Program-made: the position numbers and the translations under genes
The notes under the pieces: generated by a model
Seen by the model: only the letters and a program-made list of their open reading frames with translations
Told to the model about the DNA's origin: nothing
The model's database searches: none
Source of the DNA: Paraglomus brasilianum
Lineage: Eukaryota
Reading direction: 5' to 3'
DNA length: 64,000 bases
Assembly (NCBI GenBank): GCA_910592345.1
Contig: CAJVPI010000022.1
Coordinates: forward strand, 1 to 64,000
In this document: piece after piece, positions 29,047 through 39,012 of the stretch
How positions within the stretch are numbered: position 1 is the stretch's first letter
How the letters are laid out: every line of letters begins with the position of its first letter

Positions 29047-31354
29047 TTATACGATACTGTACTGTTCAGCAGTTAAAATCTTTTCCTTTGAAAAAGATAC
29101 CGGAGCACCATTTTCAAGTTGAGTAACATCAAGAACCTAAGAATAATGACAAGATTATTAGTCGAAATATATTCGCCGACTATGAATAATTCAATTGTGC
29201 CCATTCTTGGCCATCAATTCACATACTTCAACGTTACAATATAACTTCTCGCTGACAAAAGCAACCGAAACTGGGAAGAATACATCTACATCATCGCCGG
29301 CAATTTCAAACTCTAATGATCCTTGCTTGCTGGAAGCATCGATTATAGGCAACAGCCAATCAAGAGTTTTAGTTTGTCGGTTGAACTCGTAATGCCCATC
29401 AATATCTCCAACAGTTGGACTAGCACCGGGTGGCAATGGAATAGAAATCACAACGTCTTTAAACTCTTGGTCCGTACTCTCGAGTTCATATTCAATATTT
29501 ACAGCCATGGTGCCGTCGTCTGCCGGAGATGGCCAGCAGTTTACTATTATAAAATAAGGGCAGATGAGAATTCGTAGAACTAATTCTAGAATGAAAAAGA
29601 AACGCTCTGTTTGATCAACTCACTTGAAAGAGGCACTGCACTTTCATCTTTCGTGATATATTGCCATCGAAGAACTCCCAACGATTGATTCACGGGGAAT
29701 CCCTTTGCCGCATTCTTTACAGTAATAACACTATCAGTGGCAAAAAGATTTCTGTCTACGTTGGGATGCGTCTAACAAAAGCAACATTTGTTCAGCGTTT
29801 ACATATTTAAAATCACCCCAAAAAAATTACCCAATTTCCAACCTTGAATTGCAAATTATTGTCATCGTTAGCACGAACACTCAGCTTGATGCGTGTTAAA
29901 GATGCTTCAGAAATAGTTAATTTCATCTCTCCTTTAACTTCCAAGTTCTCTATCCCACCATCTCTCTTCGCTTGCAGGCTAATCTTTTCCAGAATGGCTA
30001 TGTGAACAGGTTCAACAGAAACTCTAGAGATAGCGGCGTGACCGACTGATTTTTCGGATAATTCATCGATGCCAACTTCACTTTTGACAGCTTCAAACAA
30101 GTCAGCACCCTTCTGTTTACGACCAAGTTGCATGCCTTTTGCTTTCGAGACTGGGGTTGACGAGCTTAGAAAGAATTCGTAAATTAGTGACTCATAAATA
30201 AATGTGAGTAATAGAGATAATCATATGGCATGATTTTTTCGGGTATGGAAATAATCAAACGACAAATTCTATATTGAAACGCGGTCGATTGATAAATAAT
30301 GGAGACCAACGCTTCGCTTACATATAGTATGCGCGAAATCAAACGTGAATGAGTCTAATTATCCGCCATTCACCATTTGCCATCAAATAAACTTACTTGC
30401 TATATGAAGAACGAATACTGTCATCAAGATTAGTCTGAACGTGAGGTTCAGTATAAGTCATAGGCCTAGACACAGATATCCCAAAGCTACTACCAAAGGG
30501 AGAGCCCGTTATTCCACCTCCACGCTTAAGCATTTCCTTCTTTTGCATCTCCAGTTGTTTGGCCCGTCTCTTGAGCTCCTCCTTTGCTTCTTGTTCTTTG
30601 TTCTATCAAGATCAGTCGTAAACAGACCAAATATTCAGATACTTCAACGCCTCCAATGTAAAAAAGAAAAATCAATGAGATCACTTTTCCCTACCCGAGC
30701 TATTATCTCTTGAAGTTTCTCTTCATGGCTTTCCATTTCGATGATACTCTTTACCTGAGCCAGATTAACATTCTCTCTATACCCCAACGACACAATTTCA
30801 TCAAAAGTACTCAGTAATTCAAAACTATGTCTGAGGATCTCTCGTTCATCAGTAGAACGACATATATCAGATACCACACGCGCAAACAAATGCAGTGTGT
30901 CTATATCTTGGAGAATATTGGACTGACGGTTCGTGATGAGCACAACATAAAGTTCGTCAAGTGGCTGATAGACATAGCGAACGTGTTCTGTCTCGATCGT
31001 TGTGTGTTGCTGCCCGGCACTTGTTAGTTTGGGAAAAGATGCTAAAAGACCTTCTATACGGGCTCGTGGCATTTCACGATACTGGCGAGAGATCACGGCT
31101 ATTGGTTTATGTAGCAAGTATGTAAAAAAGCGCAAGAGAGAAATCAGGTATCAGTTTACAGTTTTATATACGATTTTATAATTATTCAAGAATCGATCGT
31201 ATCGCTCTTTAGCTTCCTACCTTTGCCGGCCTTTGTACAAATAGCTGCTGCTAGCACGACCTATATGAAAGCAGTCAAAGCATTTTCTTCATCACAACTC
31301 GGTTTCACCCGTTCTGCAATATATAAACGCGTATAACCAAAGACAACTGACCAT
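29047..31354 (-). CDS. RET2: Coatomer subunit delta (delta-COP)
   Basis: ATG-only first exon (31352-31354), then VVLAAAICTKAGK, AVISRQYREMPRARIEGLLASFPKL, SNILQDIDTLHLF, EMESHEEKL and a mu-homology domain (FKTHPNVD, NCWPSP, GSLEF, FFPVSVAF). Stop at 29047-29049. Confidence 0.97.
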
Positions 31355-31999
31355 AATTCAAACACGTATTCAAAAAAAGAGACTTGGTTTTCGACAAAAA
31401 AAAAAGTACAGTATGCATTATTTTTGCGCACAAATGACGCCACACAAGTCTCTTTCGGGGGTCAAACTGATTTCAGGGGGTTAAAAGGGTCTATATAGCG
31501 ATAATTTCCTGTATAATTAATATTGTTAATATAAGAAATGGTTTACTGTGATGGGTGCTATATTGATATGATCATGCCAAGGACATCAAGTTATAACTTA
31601 TTCACTCACAATTTTAGCATTGAAATATAAGCAATCAATATTCCGCATCAACTTTTTAAAACGTAGATTTTGCGACAATGGGAGTTTGATATTTTCAAGA
31701 AAAATTCATTAGCGATATTTTTTTATGATTTGGTCTATACATTAATTTTTGTAGAGTAAGTTTTTTTTGTATAAAGTTATTTTCTCCGGAAGTTCATTCA
31801 TTGATTTGCTGTTTTATTTCCCCTAATACTAAGTGTTATCTAGGGTTACAATTACCAGTCAATACTAATAAAGACGTTTCCCTTTGTTAGCGTGAATTAT
31901 ATGTTACTCTCGGTGCACGTGATAGGAATCTATTTATTTATTTATTTATTTAGTTATTATTATAAGCATGGTTTATTTAGACATGTACAAATTTATCCA

Positions 32000-32378
32000 A
32001 AATTTTGAGTCACTAAATTACAGATAAAATTAATGAACAATGTCAATATTTCACTTCAATTTGATATCAACACATAACAATTCTTGTCTTCATACCTGCA
32101 ACTGAATCATAGCTATTTCTCGGTTTAGGCAAATCCCAGTAGTAGTAGGTAAGAGCGTACTAGAATATTTACTCTCTCAAGACGTGATAAGGGTATTACA
32201 TCATTATTATAGTATCCCATATACCATGCCAAAGTGGATACACTGCTCGGCAAATTTCTTGTATTCTTCTGGTGCTGAATCAGGCATTGGTGGTCGTAGT
32301 CCATTCAAAATATCAGATACTAAAACTCTATCGGTTCACCAGAGGCAATCAAATACATAATAATACCAAATGCATATA
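32000..32378 (-). pseudogene. C-terminal fragment of a TKL protein kinase gene, abutting a Tc1 element
   Basis: YAFGIIMYLIASGEP (subdomain IX), then frameshifted DRVLVSDILNGLRPPMPDSAPEEYKKFAEQC and SKYSSTLLP...LPKPRNS. Confidence 0.75.
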
Positions 32379-33431
32379 CAGTGCGTAACAACAAAACCCG
32401 GATATTTTTATTTTGTCACGACAAAATTTATTCTTCTCAATAATGAGCTCACAACGTCGTTTCATTGATCCCACCAAATTAATTAACATGCTTTCCGGAA
32501 TTCTATTCCACTCCTCCACCATAAAACTCTCCAGTTCGCCAAGATTTTTTGGCATTCGCCTTTCTACATCATTTTTAACAATTCCCCAAAGGTTTTCTAT
32601 CGGGTTTAAATCAAGACTATTCGATGGCCAGTCCATTACCACCGGAATATTTTCTTTCAAAAATTCCGTAGACGGCTCGTGTGTTTTGATCGTTGTCTTG
32701 CTGGAGTCTCCATCTACATATTTACTTCTGGAATGTATTTCTACGTAAAACTTGACATCCATTATCCTCCGGAAACAAAATAAACTTGTTTTACCGACTG
32801 CGCAAAATTCGCCCCATGCAAGGATTTTTGTGCGATCTTTGGGCATGGGACGAATCGGTCGTTTACCTTTGTACCAACGTTCGGCGGTGTTCCGGTAAAG
32901 TTGCTTCCTCCAATTGTCATTAAGGTGTTGACGTGCCCACTCAACACGTCTTTGCTTATGGGCTTCGGCATTCGTTTAGGTAATGCTTTCGAGTACCCAT
33001 AAGTGGTCAGGTGCCTCGAAATTGTCATGTGCCACCCGCATTTGACACTTTACGTGTGAATATTTCCGTGTTGACTGTCCGATTATCTTGGGACGACCAT
33101 TGCCTCGCGCATGATCCACTGTTCCTTTTTCTTTAATTTTTTTTATGTTATCATAAAAACGGTGGAAAGGGGGATGTTTGTTTGGCGATGAATTTCTTGG
33201 CCATTCCCTTATTCCACAAATGTAATATACGTTAACGTTGTGCTTCTTGCTTAGAAGCGGGCATTGTGTCTGTATATTAAGTTAATAATCAGGGTTGTAA
33301 ACAACGCTCAATATACTCCTGATTATCGTGTTTATTTTCCATTTTACATTTCCCTAATCGGACAGAAAACAAACGCGTGGGACGCGTTTACGTCGCATAA
33401 AAAAATATCCGGGTTTTTTTGTTACACACTG
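32379..33431 (-). mobile_element. Tc1/mariner (IS630-Tc1) DNA transposon with both ends present and a defective transposase
   Basis: About 31-bp TIRs (CAGTGCGTAACAACAAAACCCGGATATTTTT and CAGTGTGTAACAAAAAAACCCGGATATTTTT), TA on both sides. Transposase from ATG 33264 carries stops and frameshifts; motif DWPSNSLDLNPIENLWG. Confidence 0.93.
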
Positions 33432-33441
33432 TATGTAAATG

Positions 33442-33552
33442 GGGAGGCAATCATTTCACCGACAATTATTTCACCGACAAATATTTACCAACATTAACCT
33501 TTTTAGTAGTTAATTGTCGGTGAAATGATTGTCGATGGAATAATACGGACCC
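33442..33552. mobile_element. MULE/Mutator-type MITE (111 bp)
   Basis: About 42-bp imperfect TIRs starting GGG with an internal ATTTCACCGACAA repeat. Perfect 9-bp direct repeat ATGTAAATG at 33433-33441 and 33553-33561. Confidence 0.8.
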
Positions 33553-33850
33553 ATGTAAATGCGGGATTTACATATATTATAAATACTATATATTTGCATT
33601 ACGATGGGATGTAGTCGTGCACTCGATGCATTATAAATAAAATTTATGTCTTCGATACTTAAGCTCAGCTTTATTCCGATATATTGCATCGATGTTACAT
33701 ACGATCAGGCACGTGTTCTAAGAAGCATTATTCACTATTAATGGCAAGGATAAAAAAGATTCGATCCAGCAAAGTGCAAACAAGTTTCTCCAGAAAAAGA
33801 AAATACGTAAGTTCAAGACTGTCCATTCCACAACGTTTCTGTTTAAGTAA

Positions 33851-34955
33851 TCATCTTTTCGAGCGATATTCTTCTACTCTGGTTCGTTTACTTGAAGGCA
33901 ATTTTTCCACACACGCCCGATCCTTTAACAAACCAACAATCGTTTCCAAAACTCTTTTCACACTCTTATGCAAAGCTTGATATTCTTCCGAGTCCTTATC
34001 CAAGGCTTCTTGGTTAAATTCGATTGTACAGGCAGGTTTACTTCGTGCAATTTCGCCAGGACTATATAGTAGAAAGTGCCAATCTCGTCCCGTTGTTACA
34101 ATACCATAAATGTAATCAAAATCATCGCCAAATGCTTCATCCCGCTTACGTTTTCTCTTGTTAGTTTCAACCGAACTTTCCAGCTGTTTGATGTTCTGAG
34201 CAAAACCCAGGGGAATTTGATGTTGTTTATTCTCCGTGATGCAAATAAGGGCCTCGGAATCCTGGAGACACGGAAGTTCATTAAAAAATAAAGTGTTACC
34301 GGAGCCAGTTGCAATTAGTTATTTTCAATAATAGAGCTTACACTCGTTCCTACCTTAATTGCGTAATCGACACACCCACAACTTTCTTCATCGATAATTT
34401 TCTGTTGAGGTCGCATACTAAACTTTTTTTTTGTATCATCCCTGACAATATGGAGTGCAGCGTGGAGTATTGCAACAACGTATTCATTACGCACGGCTTC
34501 CAAACTGTCTGGATTCAAATCACCATAATCCCTTAACCTTATGCTAATTTCTGTGATGCATTCTTCGAAATGCTTATCGTTATCCTGAATTTTATAGGCT
34601 GGTGGGTTGAATAACGGAATTGCATCGATGCCTTCGGATTCAATACCGTATTTTTCCAGCTCCTCGCTCAAACTGTGGTACGATGAGAATGACCGCTTCG
34701 GCGTGGTGGCTTTAAAGGCATTGGCTTCTTTTGCGAGTCTCATTGCCGGTCCCAGTTCCAAACCTGCTTGCGTGAAATCATATCTGGTCATATCAAGGAA
34801 GTCTTGACCGAAGATCTCTCGTTTGCGAAGAATAGCAAAATCATTGTCGTTAAGTTGGAGGCCCTGTTCTTGCAGATAAAGGATAAGTGTCTCTGTGTCT
34901 CTGTGTCCCAGTTTTCGACTAAATATGCATCGTGCTCAGTTGTAGAAGTAGACAT
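33851..34955 (-). pseudogene. SAM-like domain plus PD-(D/E)xK restriction-endonuclease-like (Crinkler-type) gene, frameshifted near its 5' end
   Basis: Exons 34354-34955 and 33851-34261. SAM-like VENWDTETLILYL...ILRKREIFGQDFLDMTRYDFTQAGLELGPAMRL. Nuclease core GCVDYAIKDSEALICITENKQ...GFAQNIKQL...YGIVTTGRDWHFL. An 8-bp tandem duplication near 34887-34906 breaks the frame. Confidence 0.75.
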
Positions 34956-35077
34956 GGTAAGCATCGGTATAGGGTATTGGTCCAGAAAAAAAGTTTTTAT
35001 GATTAGGGAAGAAGATTTGCTAACTTTTCAATAACGTTGTATTTGCGCTTTGAGGAGTGTCTGGGTATATATATAAA

Positions 35078-35488
35078 TGTATGAGTAGACGCGTGTTTGC
35101 GTGTTAGATGAGAAGTTGTACTACTTGATATTGTTGTCGTCGCGACCTTACTAGTATAAATATTGTTGCTATTTATGCAGTAAGGAGTGTGAGAGTCAAG
35201 ATCACTGTCAACCAATAGTAAAGCATAAGCGGATATTGATATATTGCCTAGTATATCGCATGTGCTCCGAAATGTTACACTGATACTATTGTTCTTATTT
35301 ACGGAAACAATCGTGACAGTCGCAGTAAAATTTTTTTACTGGTTTCCTATGATAGTGATGTATGAGTAGCGTGTTCGCGTACTTGATATTATTAATCGCT
35401 GTCGCACGCAACCGTATAAGTATAAACATTGTTGTTATTCACGCAGTAAGGAAGTATAAACGGGTACCGATATATTGCCTGGTGTAAC
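35078..35488. repeat. Degenerate direct repeat, two copies (about 35078-35255 and 35358-35488)
   Basis: Shared blocks TGTATGAGTAG, ACTTGATATT, AGTATAAAyATTGTTG, GCAGTAAGGA and GATATATTGCCT occur in the same order. Confidence 0.7.
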
Positions 35489-35729
35489 AAATTATTACAT
35501 CATGTTGCTTATCCACTATAAAAGTAAAGAGAGATAGCTGAATTACGTCTTCCAAATGTAAGCCAATGATTATGTATAGTCATCGTTGAATTGGATACAT
35601 AGTAAAAATGGAATAACTGTCTGTTGATAAAGCTCTAATACTAGCATAGTTAAATTCCCAAAAATAAAAACGGACATTCCGATCAATAAAAAAGTTTTTC
35701 TTTTACAATCTACGTGTATTATCTAAATA

Positions 35730-35899
35730 CAGTCAACTCTGTCTATACCGGCCTTTTTTATACCGGTTTCGCCTTATACCGGTCCAATTTCGCTGCACCA
35801 AAAGATTATATATTAATCCCACCTTATAACGGCTGAATCATCTCGCTGTGACGGCCAAAAACGCCAAACCACTCACGCCGGTATAGACAGAGTTGACTG
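35730..35899. mobile_element. Intact pogo/Tigger-type MITE (170 bp)
   Basis: Perfect 23-bp TIRs CAGTCAACTCTGTCTATACCGGC, TA on both sides, internal TATACCGG subterminal repeats. Confidence 0.92.
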
Positions 35900-37659
35900 T
35901 AATTGTGAAACGATGAAATATATATATAATGGTGGAGAAATAACTGCCAGGAGACGTCTTAAAAAGAAAACGCGTCCTATAAGAGAACTTTTTATTATTG
36001 AGATCGCAATACGCTACTTTGTCAGACAACGTATCTCGATATGTTAGGTACTCACTTCGAAAACGTTAGAAACCACCTAGCTACGAATGGCATGATACCG
36101 CGTGTTCATGTGAATGCCACGATGGAAAACTAAAATAACCAATGTGATAGATTGGTTGGATAAACATGCTGTGCATCAAATTCATAAACCCCGCCCACAG
36201 TTTTATTCGGTAAACGGGTTTACAAATATAGAGGCGTGATAAAAGATGTGTCAATCGTCGTCGTTTTGGTTTGACGGATAAAATGTCAGCACAGCTATTA
36301 AGAAATTTACAATGATCCCTCTAATCCTCTTACTTATGGGGGAGTGCAGAGAAATGTTACTCCGACCCGGTGTAAAGCTATTGCCGAGAGTTCTTGGTTA
36401 TTACTCCGTAATTTCTGCGTAACTCCGAAGGTTCAGGTGATCGGACCGTAACACCAAGTGGGATCAGCGATGTGGTACGACTGCGGCTGTCGCGACAACA
36501 GCGAGACGACAGCGCGCCATCAGAACAATCGGAAATACTGCAGAACAATAGTAAACCGAAAATAGGATAATTAATAACGTTACTAAAAATAGATCAATTA
36601 GTCCTTTCGGAAGATATAAAAGCAGTGTGTTGGATTCAGTGTCCATTCTAATAAATGAGTAGTCCTTTATACTCTGAAATACATTGTTAATAATTCAATC
36701 CGGTAAGTTATCGATATAGCCTAAATTCGCTAATCTCTATATCGAAGGATAATAACATATTTTACGAAAGCGCTTATTAGTACTATACTAGTTTTGAGTC
36801 CCCATACGGACAGACTACTGAATTAATCCCACAGTACTGTAGATAGTCGTGCATTTGACCTGAGGACAATTACGTTATCTAGGATGAGGTTATCGTAAGG
36901 AAAAGACGAAGTCATTAATTGTAAAGTAGATTTAATTATTGATAGGAGAAGCCACGCTCCGTTGAAGATGGCTAAATCCCAAGTGTCGATTACTAACCGC
37001 TCTCCTGCAGTATTCGGCACGACATATGACACCTAATGAGGCGGCAAAAAGAGAGCTAGAAGGCAAAAAATAAAAGCGAAGCCTGCTGTAAACCGTGGGG
37101 TATGATGAAGTTTGTTTACCAATCTATAGCGTTTTGGTGAGATATTTACTCGAACCGGGTGAATTAGAAGGTGGAAGACGTCGTGCAACTGATTGTAATT
37201 GGTTTACCGTATTAAAAATTACTAGTCAACCTGTTTTATACTGACTAGCGTGATACTGAATTACCACCTAATTGGATGCTCAAGGATTAATCCAAGAATC
37301 AAGCTCTTCCTCTACTTGCTCTTCTATTATAAATGTATCCTTAACAATATCGTAACATAAATTGTAATATTTTTCAATAAACCGTCGAATTTTTAACTCG
37401 TTTTTGTAGTCTGAAATTTTGCTAGAGTCTTTTCGTATATTAATATGTGCAGTTCTAAATCATCAGACTGACGTAGCTCGTCTAATTGTTTTTTATAGCC
37501 TTTGTCTTTTGGCTTTCAATTATGGCCTTTTCGATATCTTGCCATGTTGGGCATTCATATTTCATATTACAGTAATATATGTGCAGAAAATCTAACAATA
37601 AATTCAACTTATTAAGACGCGAATGTAAAAAAGTTGCCAAGAATTGTCTGTTCAATGCT

Positions 37660-37900
37660 TTTCATTTGATGGTGTCTCTATGAACACGGTAAACTTGATA
37701 TTATTCTTTGATACTAGCGTCTGCAACATCTCCCTGAATGAGACATTGTTCCTAGGATAATGTTGTTCATGAGTTTAGTACCGCTCCATCATTTTCAAGT
37801 GCTGTAAGGTCTTTGAGGATCGCATGGTCGATATTCACTGTCCACGATAACGTCAAAGCCTGCAATGCAAAGAAGTGTTGGTCCAGGTTCTAACGAAGTC
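37660..37900 (-). pseudogene. Relic of a Glomeromycotina-type Crinkler-like gene
   Basis: Frameshifted fragments LSWTVNIDHAILKDL-ALENDGAVLN and YPRNNVSFREMLQTLVSKNNIKFTVFIETPS match my recollection of this expanded family. Confidence 0.5.
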
Positions 37901-38050
37901 TTTCCTCTAACATTACCTGGACAAAAGTATCGGACACCCTAACTTTATTACATAATAATTGATATATTAGTCCAGCTAATCGTCAATAACTTCCTAATAC
38001 TAACGCTAATAGCTTTTTTGAGGTCACCAACAAGACTATTTCCATCTATA

Positions 38051-38242
38051 TGGACTCTCCCTAAGTGCGGCTTCTCTAAGTGCAGGCACTATATTTTCCC
38101 TCCCTAAATGCAGGCTCTGGTTTGGTCCCGAGATTATAAGACCATTAAGTATTTCACTCTATAAATGCAGATTCTCTATAAATGCAGGTCGTGTCTGATT
38201 TGGCCATCTGGTCCCGTCAGTGCTGCACTTAGGGAGAGTCCA
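38051..38242. mobile_element. pogo/Tigger-type MITE
   Basis: Inverted repeats TGGACTCTCCCTAAGTGCGGC and GCTGCACTTAGGGAGAGTCCA (one mismatch), plus several internal TAArTGCAG repeats. Confidence 0.8.
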
Positions 38243-38882
38243 CTCATATAGTTTTTTTAAAATGTTATTGGTGCAAACTAGCGTAAGCTCCCACTATCGG
38301 TAAATCTTTAAAAGACAATTAGTGACCTTAACTGGTTTTCAAAATATTCATGATGCTAGATCGGTCTTGTATACGATAACTTCGAATATCACGCTTGGCA
38401 GTCGTAACCACGCAAGGTTTTACATGCCCCGAGATGCGGCCTCACTGAAACTTTCACCCTAATTCATTAAGACCTTTACCTTAGATTTTTCCAACAGTTG
38501 TAACGCATCAATATTTCGGATATTAATATGTGTAACATTTCGGATAAATTCCAGAATGTTGTTATTGTGTGCTGCGCAAAGTGATTAGGAATATCCCAAA
38601 ACAGTTTGCTATATCTCACCTCAGCCAAAATGACAGGCTTCTTGGCTATTACTATAGATCAAGGCCGAAATGTCAATGACGCAGCACATGAACTGGAATC
38701 ACTAAGAAGCTGAACTAGCTGTTACCTATATTAATATTAATATTAATATTAATATCAATTATTCTCAAAAACCAGCAATCAGAGTTTAAACATAATCATC
38801 TTAATGTGGTGTCCAATGGACTAGTTCCAAAGCCAAAGAAAAAAAAAAAAAAGAAGCTTTCTCACTCATAATAATAGTTGTA

Positions 38883-38975
38883 AAAATTTTCGATGGATGG
38901 TGATGCAAAAACGAAAAAATTTCCCTGGCCCACGTGCCATAAATTTTCCGTTAAACCTGAAAATTTTTTCATCCG
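38883..38975. promoter_or_regulatory. Cluster of RRPE-like motifs upstream of UTP5
   Basis: AAAAATTTT, AAAAAATTT, AAATTTT and TGAAAATTTTTT lie within 130 nt of the start codon of a ribosome-biogenesis gene. Confidence 0.5.
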
Positions 38976-39012
38976 CGATTTTTTATACTTTTCGTTTTGC
39001 ATCTTTTATGTA

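Noticed and set aside
36355..36470. LTR-like TGTTAC...GTAACA followed by a PBS-like TGGGATCAG; similar terminus at 1886
   Set aside because: Too short, with no paired LTR, TSD or recognisable gag/pol sequence.
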